A stretch of 64,000 bases of DNA from Nitrospirota bacterium (GCA_963796285.1 CAWCKW010000012.1:1632001-1696000); one strand, 5' to 3'; counted from the stretch's first letter, positions 41,602 through 54,000 are shown. Notes: generated by a model not told the origin, from the letters alone. Numbers and translations: made by a program.

Positions 41602-42054
41602 ATGTGCGTAGATCATAGTATCAATTGCTTGTGCGGAAAGAATGCTGCGAGCTTCAATTTTCGCGATGAGGTGCTGCCTTTTGAGGCCATAACAAAACTG
41701 CACTGCCCGGTATGTTCGCAAGGCGTCTCCCCTGACCCTGCAACCATGCTGGCAGACAATGGATGGATCATCGGATTTGATATGGATGTAGCGCGCTTCA
41801 TGCTGCAAAACGTCGCTCCCGCCGATATGGTGACACCCGCGTACATATTTGACGAGGGCTATTGCACCTGGCGGGGGGTGACCCCTACGGACCACATTGA
41901 TTCCGTCAAAGAGCGCGAGGCGCTCGTGCAGCTTGCCAAGACGGATCGCAAACGCTACTTTGAAGAGATCAAGACCTGGGGCAATAAGAGGATGGAGCGT
42001 CTCGCACGGGAAGGATGGAGGAAAGCAAATGAAAGAGAACCCGTCAAAACATAA
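41602..42054 (+). CDS. Conserved-looking Cys-rich hypothetical protein
   Basis: AAGGAGG RBS; C2, CLCG, CPVC, DNGW, GYCTW. Confidence 0.75.
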   Translation: MCVDHSINCLCGKNAASFNFRDEVLPFEAITKLHCPVCSQGVSPDPATMLADNGWIIGFDMDVARFMLQNVAPADMVTPAYIFDEGYCTWRGVTPTDHIDSVKEREALVQLAKTDRKRYFEEIKTWGNKRMERLAREGWRKANEREPVKT

Positions 42055-42213
42055 AACCGGTAAGCCCGCGGAACGAAGATCATTGCGGTACCGGATATCA
42101 TTACGACCTGCCCCAAATGCGGCGGTGAATTGGGCATCTGGTCGGAGGAGAACGAGACCCTGTGCATCTTCTGCGATCACAAGGTCTTTGAAAAGGAAAA
42201 AACCATTCACTGA
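42029..42213 (+). CDS. Small zinc-ribbon-like protein (one frameshift)
   Basis: GGAGG RBS; manual translation ...PDIITTCPKCGGELGIWSEENETLCIFCDHKVFEKEKTIH*. Confidence 0.65.
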
Positions 42214-42228
42214 CTTCGAGGGTTGTGC

Positions 42229-42729
42229 ATGGACATCGAAATAGAAAAAGACATCAATGTAATAAAGATTCCAGGCGGCTTCAGCGTGGACGGGCTGGCT
42301 CTCAAAATGGAAAATGCGGGTGCACTTCGGTGCTGCCCTGCTGCTACAGCTGGTCCAAGGTAAGGCAGCGCGGAAACACCTTTCTGTTCACTGCCAAGCT
42401 CTCAGGACCAGACTCACGAGAAGGCTTTATCTGGAGTTATACGGTAAAAAAGAGCGATTCCATGGTCGAGGTGACCGTGGAGGATGCGCGGGACAAAACG
42501 ATCTTTTCGGGATATTATCCGCCGACCCTCGAGGAGTGGACTGCGAAAGGTTGGGAAATCAGTAACAAAGGCGGGCGAGCGGGAAGACTTCGGCTTGTGG
42601 CGCTGCTCCGCCTGCAAATGGTTGTACAAGGAAAAGGACCAGAAGGTAAAATTCGAAGACCTGCCTTCGATGACTGGAAATGCCCGGCCTGCAAGGTCCG
42701 GAAAAGACTTCTTTGAACAAGTCGGCTAA
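42229..42729 (+). CDS. Rubredoxin-domain protein with a Cys-rich N-terminal domain (frameshifted)
   Basis: MDIEIEK..GKCGCTSVLPCC.. then WRCSACKWLY..FEDLP.DWKCPAC..KDFFEQ. Confidence 0.75.
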
Positions 42730-42824
42730 ATTGCGAACCTCTGATACCCCCTCCCGCATTTTTTGCTATACTAGAGAATATTCCGAGCTAGCGATGTTAT
42801 CTTACACCCATGGAGGAAACGATC

Positions 42825-43404
42825 ATGCCATACGCACCAAAGGATTATACGAAGCTTGTAGGGATGGAGGGATTCAGCGAAACAATACTAAAGAACCATT
42901 TTACGCTCTATCAGGGCTACGTGACGAACACAAACAAGGTGCTCGATACCCTGGATCAGATGAGCAAGGATGGCAAGACCGCGCTACCCGAGTTTGCTGA
43001 ATTGAAACGACGGCTTGGCTGGGAATTCAACGGCATGCGGCTTCATGAATATTACTTTGAGAACCTTGGCAGCAAAGGCGGCATCAGCAAGGACGGCAAG
43101 GCCGCCAAGGCGATCGCGGCGAGTTTCGGGAGCATTAGAAGCCTGGGAGAAGGACTTCAGGGCCACCGGGGCCATGCGCGGCATCGGCTGGGTCGTTTTG
43201 TACCAGGACACCAGCTCCAACAGACTTATCAATTTCTGGGTCAACGAGCATGATACCGCTCACCCCGCTGGATGCAATCCCCTCCTCATCATGGACGTGT
43301 TCGAACATGCCTTCATGCTCGATTATGGGCTGAAACGGGCCGACTATATCGAGGCATTTTTCAAGAACATCAACTGGTCCGCGGTTGACGCACGGGTCAA
43401 ATAA
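42825..43404 (+). CDS. Fe/Mn superoxide dismutase family (frameshift near 43137)
   Basis: NHFTLYQGYV, LHEYYF, RGIGW, DVFEHAF. Confidence 0.9.
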
Positions 43405-43536
43405 GTATCGTTTTCTCCCCCGGGGCGGGGATGTACAGGCAACTGCATCCCCGCCTCACCTCCTCCTTCAACGGAGTTCAGCCAGATCATTAACATTCAA
43501 ATGCCAATGCATATTATCGAAAGGAGCACTTCAGCA

Positions 43537-44032
43537 ATGTCAAACATCGGAAAAGAACCTGCAGGACGCATTTGCCGGGGAATCCCAGGCGAACAGGAAA
43601 TACCTCGCCTTCGCGAAAAAGGCGGAAGCGGAAGGCCACAAACAGGTGGCAAAACTGTTCCGCGCTGCTGCCGCGGCCGAGACCATCCATGCCCATAATC
43701 ACCTGAGGGTGCTCGGCGTCGTTAAGTCGACCAGGGACAACTTGATGGATGCCATCAACGGCGAATCCTACGAGTTCCAGAAAATGTATCCCCAGATGAT
43801 CGCCGATGCACAGGCAGAGGGCAACAGCAAGGCACTGCAGAGCTTTAACTATGCGAATGAGGTGGAAAAGGTGCATGCAGCGCTCTATCAAAAAGCGCTC
43901 GACAGCCTTGGCACGAACAAGGACATGGACTATTATATCTGTTCCGTCTGCGGGTATACCGCCGAGGGCGAGGCGCCTGATGAATGCCCTGTCTGTAAAG
44001 CGAAAAAGCAGGCATTTCACAAGGTGGAATAA
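43537..44032 (+). CDS. rbr: Rubrerythrin
   Basis: AFAGESQANRKY, ETIHA, EKVH, C-terminal CSVC..CPVC; 1-nt indel just after the ATG. Confidence 0.92.
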
Positions 44033-44035
44033 CGC

Positions 44036-44606
44036 TTGAAGATCATCGCATTCAACGGCAGCCCGCGTCCTGGCGGGAACACCGAGGTCCTGCTCGCCGA
44101 GGCGCTCAAACCCCTCCGGGAGGCGGGCCACGAAATCACGGTATTCAACCTGAACGGCATGGTCTTCAAACCCTGCCAGGACTGCGGCGGCTGCTTTACG
44201 ACCGGTCATCTGTATTCACAATGATGCGATGACCGGGATCTACGCCGCGATCAGAGAGGCTGACAGGATCATTCTCGCCTCCCCTATTTTTTTCTACAGC
44301 CTGAGCGCCCAGGCCAAGGCCATGGTGGACCGGTGCCAGGCGTTCTGGTGCGAGAAATATCTCCTCAAAAAGATCATCCCTGCGGGCCCTCATGGAAGAA
44401 AAGGCCTGCTCCTGCTCGTGGGCGGCATGAAAAAAGACGACGGCAAGAACTGCGCCGGGGCCGTGGCAAAGGGTTTTTTCAGGACCGTGAGCGTGCCCGA
44501 GCACGAGACGCTGTTCTTCGGCGGCGTCGATGCCAAGGGTGATATAGAGAAACATCCAACGGCGCTGAAAGAGGCTGCTGATGCGGGAAAGCGGCTGGGC
44601 GAGTAA
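44036..44606 (+). CDS. Flavodoxin-like / iron-sulfur flavoprotein family (frameshifted)
   Basis: FNGSPRPGGNT, CQDCGGC, ASPIFF, KAMVDRCQ. Confidence 0.88.
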
Positions 44607-44641
44607 AAAAGGGCCGGCATGCAATGATCCATGCCGGCCCC
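44605..44641 (-). terminator. Intrinsic terminator after glnK
   Basis: GGGCCGGCATG..CATGCCGGCCC stem with a T-run on the minus strand. Confidence 0.85.
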
Positions 44642-44663
44642 GGGGAGGATGAACAACAAACTG

Positions 44664-45068
<405 letters not shown>

Positions 45069-45110
45069 CTAAGCGTCTTCCCTTACACATGTACGCTCTC
45101 TGACTCGCAC

Positions 45111-46480
45111 TTACGAATTATACGCCCGCTCACCGTGTTCGCTCTCATCGAGACCGATGGTCTCTTCCTCAGCACCGACCCGCAGACCGACGACCGCCTT
45201 GATGATCATGAAAATAATAAAGGTCATGACTCCGCTGTATACCAAAGTCACCGCCACCGCGATGATTTGTGTCCAGAGCTGGCCGGGGTTGCCGTACAGA
45301 AGGCCCTTGCCTGCCTCATTGATCGCCGGGATCGGCGAACACGCCGGTCAGGATCGCGCCTATGGTCCCGCCGATACCGTGAATGCCGAATGCATCGAGC
45401 GTATCATCGTAGCCGAACATTGGTTTGAGCTTCGCCACCGCGTAGAAGGGGATCACACCTGCCGCAATTCCGATACAGATCGCACCGCCGACATTCACGA
45501 ACCCTGCCGCCGGGGTTATGGCCACCAGTCCGCCTACCGCGCCTGACGCCAAGTCCAAGCACGGTGGGCTTGCCGGAATGCATCCATTCAACGAACAACC
45601 AGGCGAGTGCCGCCATTGCCGCGGCCGTGTTGGTATTGATGAACGCCGCGCCTGCGAGGCCGTTAGCCGCCAGCGCTGAGCCCGCGTTGAACCCGAACCA
45701 GCCGAACCACAGGAGGCCCGCGCCGATGACGACAAGGGTCAGGTTGCCCGGGATGATCGCCTTGGCCCGCCGCTTACCGAGGACCAAGGCGCCCACGAGC
45801 GCCGCGATACCCGCGTTGATATGGACGACCGTTCCGCCCGCGAAGTCCAGTGCGCCGAGCTTTGCCAGGAAGCCGTTCCCCCAGACCCAGTGCGCGACCG
45901 GAAGATACACGATGGTCACCCAAAGGACGGAGAAGATGATCCAGGCGGAGAACTTCATGCGTTCTATGTAGGCGCCGCTCGCCAGGGCCACCGTGATGGC
46001 GGCAAAGGTGAGCTGGTACGCGATGAAGATATACTCGGGGATCGTCTTGGCCAGGTCGGAAATGCTGTTCGGCCCTACGCCTTTCAGAAAGAGTTTTGAC
46101 GCGGTGCCGATCACGCCCCTGACGTCCTCACCAAAGGCAAAGGTATAGCCATAAAGGACCCAGAGCACGCTCACGATGCAGAAGGTCACGAAGGTCATCG
46201 CCATCGTATTCAGCGTATCCTTGGTCTTGGATAGTCCTCCGTAAAACAGCGCCAGGCCCGGTATGGACATCAGCATGACCAGCGCGGTGGCCACGATCAT
46301 CCATGCCGTGTCTCCCGTGTCGATCTTGGGCGCAGGGGCCGGTGTCGCAGGGGCCGCGGCAGTTGCGGCCGGCCCGGGTGATCCCGCCTCTTCGGCCATA
46401 ACTAGTGCCGGTGAGAGAATCGCTGCCAGCATGAGACACATCATGACTGCTGCCATAGATTTCATCAATGCTACTTTCAT
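45111..46480 (-). CDS. amtB: Ammonium transporter (copy 2; frameshifted near 3' end)
   Basis: [44 protein letters not shown]. Confidence 0.93.
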
Positions 46481-46532
46481 GGTTCTATCCTCCCTTTTTG
46501 CAGCTTGTTGATTTATTCTACGTGTGATAATT

Positions 46533-46548
46533 TGCAAGGCATATGCCA
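46533..46548 (-). promoter_or_regulatory. Sigma54 -24/-12 promoter of amt copy 2-glnK
   Basis: Minus strand TGGCATATGCCTTGCA. Confidence 0.85.
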
Positions 46549-46654
46549 AAAAACAAGGCGCTTGTTTATATTATAATCATGTTGATTTTATTAAACGATT
46601 TTAGAATGGATCAGGTAGGCAATTTCGGGGATGCCGCTTTGCGGGTAATTGATG

Positions 46655-46690
46655 AGATGATTATTTAAGCATCTGAACAAAAGATGTGCA
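46655..46690. promoter_or_regulatory. Tandem 17-bp candidate NtrC enhancer boxes
   Basis: AGATGATTATTTAAGCA-tc-TGAACAAAAGATGTGCA. Confidence 0.6.
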
Positions 46691-46955
46691 TTGTTCAGTC
46701 ACAAAACTACCCTTTCTGACATTATCAGGGAGTGAAACGAAAAAACAATCTCTGGGTTCCGGAGGCTGAAAATCGGGAGATAGCTTTGTTTTCAACAGGA
46801 ACGGACAGCTAATTTCGATTGTAAAAGAGAATGAGGAGAATTAAACAAGTTGGCGAATCTCGAGCAGGGAACCGGTTATGTCGTTTGTACGCATGGCCCT
46901 CGGAATAACTGGATTAGGTGACAGGAGCAACAAACTCGAAAAAAATCATGATCTA

Positions 46956-47100
46956 ACCGCTGGAGACGCAGAGACGCGGAGAAATACATATTGAAAACCA
47001 TAAGGATTTTATCTCTGCGCCTCTGTTTATGGCCGCGTTTTGGCTTGTCCCCGCGCTATCGCAAGAGCAGGGGGCAACAGCAGGCTACGTCTCCGCGGTA
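46956..47100. repeat. ~9-bp-period inverted repeat with a 62-bp insert in its right arm
   Basis: ACCGCTGGAGACGCAGAGACGCGGAG ... CTCTGCGCCTCTG[47026-47087]CGTCTCCGCGGT. Confidence 0.75.
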
Positions 47101-47117
47101 TAAATTTATTGCTTCTA

Positions 47118-47501
47118 TCAATCCTCAACGATGATCTTGCCTGTCATCCCTTCATGGCCGTCCCCGCAGAAAAGATCGCAGTGAAATTCGTAGGTGCCCG
47201 ACTTCGGCGCCAGGATGGTCACCCTGTTCGCCTTTCCCGGTTCAATGGTCAGACGAATGCCCCCAAGGTCAGGGACGGTGAAGCCATGGACCCTGTCAAG
47301 AGAGGTGAACTCGAAGACCACCGGAACTCCGGTCTTGATCCTGATCTCGTTCGGTGAATACTCGAACTTTTTCGCCGTGATCTTGATTACCTGCGCCGGC
47401 GCTGCCTGATCAGCGGCAGCTGCAAGGGCGGCAGAAACGATCAGCATGCAGAGAGCAACCAGGACGATGGACCTCTTAGAAGTCAACATGGTATTATCCA
47501 T
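47118..47501 (-). CDS. Exported cupredoxin-domain protein (CuA-like)
   Basis: DRVHGF, CDLFCGDGHEGM. Confidence 0.85.
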   Translation of the reverse strand: MDNTMLTSKRSIVLVALCMLIVSAALAAAADQAAPAQVIKITAKKFEYSPNEIRIKTGVPVVFEFTSLDRVHGFTVPDLGGIRLTIEPGKANRVTILAPKSGTYEFHCDLFCGDGHEGMTGKIIVED

Positions 47502-48394
47502 TCTGGACCGGGTATTCCGTTATCGTAAGGTCCGCTTTCTTTGATAGTGACTCAACGCTCCGGTAGCCCAGCCCTTTGTAAGGTGCGGATGCATCCCAGG
47601 GGATCGGTACGCGTTTCGGCAAGGAGCCCGGCGCGGGAAGGGGGAACATCAGGCCTTTGGCCGCGTGATGCGGGATATGACCGGTCATATGGTGGTTCTC
47701 CTGATGGATGTGTCCGTAGAGGACCGTAACATTTTTGTATGGCATGAGCAAGTCGATGGCCTTGGCCCCGTCGCGGGTCCACCAGTCCCAGTTCGGATAG
47801 AGATCAAACAGGGGGCGGTGCGTCAGCACGATGATCCGCGAGTCTTTATCAAGCTTCTTCAGCTTCATCGCCAAGCCATTGCAGCTGCGGGTCAGTGATG
47901 CTCGACGTTGGATCGGACACATTATCGATGACGATGAAATGAACGCCCTTGTGGTCAAACGTGTAGTGGGTCTTGCCGAAATATTCCTGGAATGCCTCGC
48001 CCTTGTCCAGACCGGCATCGTGCTCCCCTGCAAGGAACCTGATGTCCTTGACCTTGAGGCCGCTGATGATATCGCGCGCCTCGGCCATGCGTTTCCTGCG
48101 CTCCTTGGGATCGTCCGTCGTATGGGTGATATCGCCGGTGAATACGACAAAGTCCGGCTGTGTCTTCATGCTGTTCACGGCCGCAATGGCTTTTTTCAGG
48201 GTACCCGCAAAATCGGGGTTCACCTTCGGGTCGCTGAAACCCCAGTGAGTATCGGACAGCTGGACGAACATGAAATCATCCTTGCCCGCTGCCATGTCCA
48301 CAGCACCTGCCTTGCCGCCCTGCCCCAGAACAAGAACGGCACTGCCCATACCAAGCAACTTGAGAAAATCACGTCTGTCGATGTTCATAGTCAT
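47494..48394 (-). CDS. Tat-exported metallophosphoesterase (frameshifted)
   Basis: DRRDFLK, SDTH, TGDIT, GEHD, THRP, GHIH. Confidence 0.88.
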
Positions 48395-48421
48395 CTCCTT
48401 ATATGTGAGTTAAAATATTTA

Positions 48422-48592
48422 TTACAGCTGTCCTGCCTGTACCAGGCTGATCCTGAGCATGGAGCCCGCCAAAAGCACCAGCACGGCAGCCAGCCTTGCC
48501 ATGCTGTCATTCGCAGCGCCGGATGCGGCGCGGCGCCAGGTAATCCAGAGCGGCATCAGGACACCGAGCAACACCATACCGCCGAGGAACAT
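48422..48592 (-). pseudogene. C-terminal relic of an NrfD/PsrC-type membrane subunit
   Basis: Manual translation MFLGGMVLLGVLMPLWITW...LAAVLVLLAGSMLRISLVQAGQL*, resembling NrfD C-termini. Confidence 0.55.
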
Positions 48593-48602
48593 GACGCCAC
48601 TG

Positions 48603-49530
48603 TCAGTGTGACCTCCCGGGGTGGAAAAACAGGTTCGGACCGCCTCGTGTCTTGCCCGCTTCGTCCATCAACATGTCGAGGCTAAGGGTGGCCAGGTCAT
48701 CTGCCAGTCGCTTCCATCTGAGCGTCTTTTCCCAGGTACAACAGCTTCAGGTAGAAGTTGCAGCCTCCGCAACTCTCCGCCTTGACCGCGCCGTTCGAGC
48801 CTTCCAGGATATGGTAGTCGATCCCGTGGGTGGATTCGCAGGTACTGCATTTGAGCCGTACCATGTGCCACTGTGAGGCGCAGAGCGAGCAGGAAAGGTA
48901 ACGCAAGCCCTGCTCTGCCCCACCGCTGCGAACGATGCCGGCGCTCGGGTGTGAACCACAGACCGGGCACAACCCGCCTTGCTCCAGCCTGCCGAACGCA
49001 TCTTCTCCCAAAGATGACGCCATCTGCACCCAGTAGACCTGCAGGGCGGCGGCGACAAAGGGCAGTTCCTGCGGAGAAACAACGGCCAAATCTCCCGATA
49101 CGATCCTGTCTGCCGTCTCCTCCAATCCGGTGTCACTCGTCTGCAGCAAGCCGGATACGGTCTCACGTGCAGCGGGCGGAAGAGCGGCCTCGTTCATCTG
49201 CTGAAGAATCATTTTGAGTCCAGCTCGCCAGGCCGGGTTTCGGGGCCAGGCCCGGGCGGCTAAAAGCGGCGCGCCTTGCTCGCGGCAGCGCGCCTGTTCA
49301 TTGAGATCAGGCAGAGACAGCGTGGGGAATTGGTTCAAGACCGATTGCTGCGCGTCCGCGAGGAGCGCCAGAAAGGCCAGATAATCTCCCAGTGGACGAC
49401 TTGGAGAAAGGAACCGTAGACGCTCGGCGCGGCGGCTGAACAAATCCCTTTTCGGGAGAAAGAGAAAGCGAATCTCTCCCATGGGGGGTTCCAGCTGACC
49501 AGGCTCAAGAATGCGGGCCTCTGAGTTCAT
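48603..49530 (-). CDS. fdhE: Formate dehydrogenase accessory protein FdhE (frameshift near 48705)
   Basis: CPVCG, LRYLSCSLC..WHMVRLKC, AESCGGC, then ADDLATLSLD in the shifted frame. Confidence 0.92.
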
Positions 49531-50159
49531 TTTCTCCCTCCGGTCATCTCCCGGTACCATGCCGGATGATGCTGTTTCGCCCAGGGGCGCCTGACGTAGC
49601 CGTACAGCATGGCAGCGATGCTCTCCTTCATCCAGATGGCTGCATAGATATGGAAGATGATCAGGCCGATTATGATTGCCCCGGCAGCCGCGTGAACGAC
49701 TGAAGCGAAGCGGATGAGCCCGACCGGGAACAGGAACGAGAAATAGGCGCGCCACATGACAATGCCGGACAGGATGAGCACGGCCATGGAGATAGACAGC
49801 GCCCAGAACAGGAGCTTCTGGCCGCCGTTGAACTTGCCGGCTTCCGGCATGTTCCGGTCATCACCGCCCACCAGATCGCGCACATGGTTTACCCATTCCC
49901 AATCGGTCGGAGTCATGACATTCAACTGCCGGTAATTGAAGTACTCGATGCCGAAGGAAATCGCCATCAGCACTCCGATGAAGGGATGGAGGATGCGCGT
50001 CCACGTGCCGCCGCCGAACAACTGGCTCAGGGGAAAGAAGGCCGGATGAAAGAACGAGAGCCCGGACAGCGCAAGCAGGACGAAGGTTACCGCCGTCAGC
50101 CAATGATTGGCGCGCTCAGAAGGGGTATACCGGAGTATTTTATTCGGGTTATTTTTCAT
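49527..50159 (-). CDS. fdnI: Formate dehydrogenase gamma subunit (cytochrome b556)
   Basis: ERANHW, RILHPFIG, GKFNGGQK, WAKQHHPAW. Confidence 0.93.
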   Translation of the reverse strand: MKNNPNKILRYTPSERANHWLTAVTFVLLALSGLSFFHPAFFPLSQLFGGGTWTRILHPFIGVLMAISFGIEYFNYRQLNVMTPTDWEWVNHVRDLVGGDDRNMPEAGKFNGGQKLLFWALSISMAVLILSGIVMWRAYFSFLFPVGLIRFASVVHAAAGAIIIGLIIFHIYAAIWMKESIAAMLYGYVRRPWAKQHHPAWYREMTGGRK

Positions 50160-51032
50160 TTTTAAACTCCTTCTCGATCTCATCGGAGACCTCGTTGGGG
50201 CCCTTGGTCACATAATGGACAAAGGCGCCGAGTACGCCCGCTGCGAGAGCAAAGGTGGCCAGTGGCTTAACGCCGTCCTTCCAGAGAGATACCATTGCGC
50301 TGATCGAGGGGTCCTTAGGAAGACCGTTGTAGATCTCCGGCTTGTCGGCATGCTGGAGCACATACATCACGTGCGTGCCGCCGACGCCCTTGCGGGTTAT
50401 AGATCCCTGCCTTGTCGAATCCCCGGCTTTTGAGATCGACTGATCCGCTCTTCCGCATGCTGGAGCATATCCTCCTTCGTGCCGAATACGATCGCTCCGG
50501 TGGGGCAGGTCTTGACGCAGGCCGGCTCCAGGCCCACTGCCACCCGGTCGGAGCAGAGGGTGCACTTGTAGACCTTGCTGTCCTTCTTCGAAAGGCGGGG
50601 GATGTTGAACGGACATCCGGTGATGCAGTAGCCGCAGCCGATGCAGTTCTCCTCGTGGAAATCCACGATGCCGTTGCTGTACTGCACGATGGCGCCCGGC
50701 GCGGGGCAGGCCTTGAGGCAGCCCGGATCGGCGCAGTGCATGCAGCCGTCCTTGCGGATCAGCCACTCCAGGCCCCGGTCGGTTTTCACTTCGGTATAGC
50801 GCATCACCGTCCAGGAGTTTTCGGTCAGGTCCATCGGGTTGTCGTAAACACCGTGGTTCGTGCCGATGGCGTCGCGGGTGTCGTTCCACTCCATGCACGC
50901 CACCTGGCAGGCCTTGCAGCCGATGCATTTCGAGACGTCGATCAGCTTCACCACTTCCGGGGTCTGGCGCTGTCCCGGCGAAGGGGTGGTGGTGGCGGAA
51001 CGGCGGATGATGTCAAGCGATTGAAGTGCCAT
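50149..51032 (-). CDS. fdnH: Formate dehydrogenase beta (Fe-S) subunit (frameshift near 50420)
   Basis: [42 protein letters not shown]. Confidence 0.93.
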
Positions 51033-51042
51033 GGTCCACCTC

Positions 51043-54000
51043 CTATGCCTTCTCGATGTTGACGAGGAAGGATTTGAACTCCGGCGTCTGCACGTTGGCA
51101 TCGCCCACGAACGGGGTCAGGGTGTTGGCGATGTAGCCGTTCTTGGCTACGCCCTTGAAACCCCAGTGGATCGGGATGCCCACGTGATGCACGGTCTTGC
51201 CGTTCACCTGAAGCGCCATAAGCCGCTTGGTCACGACCGCCTTTGCCTTGACAAAGCCCCGCATGGACCACACCTTGACGAGGTCGCCGTGCTTGATGCC
51301 CTTCTCTTTCGCCAGCTCCTCGCCGATCTCCACGAACTGCTCGGGCTGCAGGATGGAGGAGAGCTGCGTATGCTTCGTCCAGAAGTGGAAGTGCTCGGTC
51401 AGGCGGTACGTGGTGGCCGCATAGGGATAGTCCTTGCTCTTGCCGAAGCATTTCCAGATCGTCCTTGAACACCCGCGCAGCCGGGTTGCTGATCACCTTG
51501 GGATGGAGCGGGTTCGTGTCGATGGGCGTTTCGAAGGGCTCGTAATGCTCGGAGAACGGGCCTTCCGCCATCTTGTCCACGGCGAACAGCCGCGCCACGC
51601 CTTCGGGGTTCATGATGAAGGGGTTCATGGGATCGCCGGGCGCGGACATCCGGTTTGAAGTCGGGCACGTCCACGCCGGTCCATGCGGTTCCGTTCCAGC
51701 TGATAAGCTTGCGCTTCGGGTCCCAGGGTTTTCCGGACGGGTCGTTCGAGGCGCGGTTGTACAGGATGCGCCGGTTGGCAGGCCAGGAGAACGCCCAGTT
51801 CAGCGTGTTGCCGAGGCCCGAGGGATCGGAATTGTCCCGCCGCGCCATCATGTTGCCCTTCTCTGTCCAGGAGCCGGAGAACAGCCAGCAGCCGCAGCTG
51901 GTGGTGCCGTCGTCCTTGAGCTGGGCGAAGCCGTCCAGCTGCTGGCCTTTCTTTACCAGAACCTTGGTCTTGTCCTTGGGATCGGTAACGTCCTCCAGGG
52001 CCTTGCCGTTGTATTCCATCGCCAAGTTCCTCCGGCGCCGGCGCGTGCGGGATCTTGTAGTTCCAGGTAAGGTTCAGGATCGGGTCAGGGAACGCGCCCC
52101 CCTCCTTTTTGTAAAGCTCGCGCAGCTTGAGGAAGATGCCGGCGATGATGTCGGCATCGGGCTTGGCTTCTCCCGGCGGATTGGCGCCCTTGTAGTGCCA
52201 TTGCAGCCAGCGGCCGCTGTTCGTGAGCGACCCGTTCTCCTCGGCGAAGCAGGTGGAGGGAAGCCGGAAGACCTCGGTCTGGATCTTGGCGGGGTCCACG
52301 TTGTTGTGCTCGCCGTGGTTTTCCCAGAAGCACGAGGTTTCCGTTGCCAGAGGATCGATCACGACCAGATATTTGAGCTTGGCCAGGGACCCGCCGACCT
52401 TTGCCTTGCAGGGGAAGGCGGCGAGCGGGTTGAAGCCCTGACAGAAGTAGCCGTTCACCTTCCCCTGATTCATCAACTCGAAGGTCTGGAGCACGTCGTA
52501 TCCCTTGTCCAGCTTCGGCAGCCAGTCAAAGCACCAGTTGTTCTTTTTCGTCGCGGCATCGCCGAACCAGGCCTTCATCAGGCTGACATGGAACTTCCCG
52601 TAATTCTGCCAGTAGGACATCTGGCCCGGCCGCAGGGGCTTGAAGGCCCGCTTGTTGATGTAGGTCTGGTAGTCCGTCTCCTTGTCGCCCGGCAGGGTGA
52701 GGTAGCCCGGCAGCAGGTTGGACAGAAGACCCAGGTCGGTGAGGCCCTGGATATTGGAGTGGCCCCGCAGGGCGTTCATCCCGCCGCCTGCCATGCCGAT
52801 GTTGCCGAGCAGGAGCTGCATCATGGCCGCGGTGCGGATCATCTGCGAGCCCACCGAGTGCTGGGTCCAGCCCAGGGCGTACATGATGGTGAGCGTCCTG
52901 TCCGGCACGGACGTGGTGGCGATGGTCTCGGCACACCTTGAGGAAGGTCTCCTTGGGCGTGCCGCAGATATTGCTCACCGCCTCGGCGTGTACCGGGAAT
53001 AGTGCTTCTTGAGCAGTTGGAACACGCATCGGGGATGGTTCAGGGTCGGGTCGACCTTGGCAAAGCCGTCGGCGCCCATTTCGTACATCCAGCTGGCTTT
53101 ATCGTAGGAGCGTTTTGCCGCGTTGTATCCGGAGAACAGGCCGTCATCGAAATGGTAATCCTCGCGCACGATGAAGCTTGCGTCCGTGTAGGCCTTGACG
53201 TATTCGTGCTGGATCTTGTCGTGACGTGAGGAGGTAATTGACCAGCCCGCCCAGGAAAGCGATGTCCGTGCCGGTGCGGAGCGGCGCATAGAGGTCCGCC
53301 ACCGCTGCCGAACGGGTGAAGCGGGGGTCCACCACGATGAATGTGGCGTTGTTGTGGGCCTTGGCCTCGGTCACCCATTTGAAGCCGCAGGGGTGGGCCT
53401 CGGCGGCGTTCCCGCCCATGACGAGGATGACGTTGGCGTTCTTGATGTCAACCCAGTGGTTGGTCATCGCGCCGCGGCCGAACGTAGGGGCCAGACTGGC
53501 CACCGTGGGGCCGTGTCAGACCCGTGCCTGATTGTCGAATGCAAGTATGCCGGTGCTGCGGACCGCCTTGTGGGTGATGTAGCCGGTTTCGTTGCTGGAA
53601 GCGGAGGCCGCAAGGAATCCCGTGGTCAGCCAGCGGTTGACCGTGGCGCCGTCCGCGTTTTTGACAATGAAGTTCTTGTCCCGGTCGTCCTTCATCAGCC
53701 GGGCAATCTTGCTGAATGCCTCGTCCCAGGAAATGCGCTTCCATTCATTCGTCCCGGGGGCGCGGTATTCCGGATACTTGAGCCGGTTCGGGCTGTGAAT
53801 GAAGTCCACCAGCCCAGCGCCCTTCGGGCACAGGGTGCCGCGGTTCACCGGATGGTCCGGGTCGCCTTCGATGTGGAAGATGGACGACTCGGCGTTTTTC
53901 GCCTTGTCCCCCAGGCTGTGCATGATCAAGCCGCAGCTCACCGAGCAGTAGGGGCAGGTATTGCGGGTCTCGGTACTGCGGGTCAGCTTGAACTCGCGCA

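Noticed and set aside
48697-48699. TGA in fdhE as a second selenocysteine
   Set aside because: The conserved sequence (ADDLATL) continues in another frame, so this is a frameshift and not readthrough
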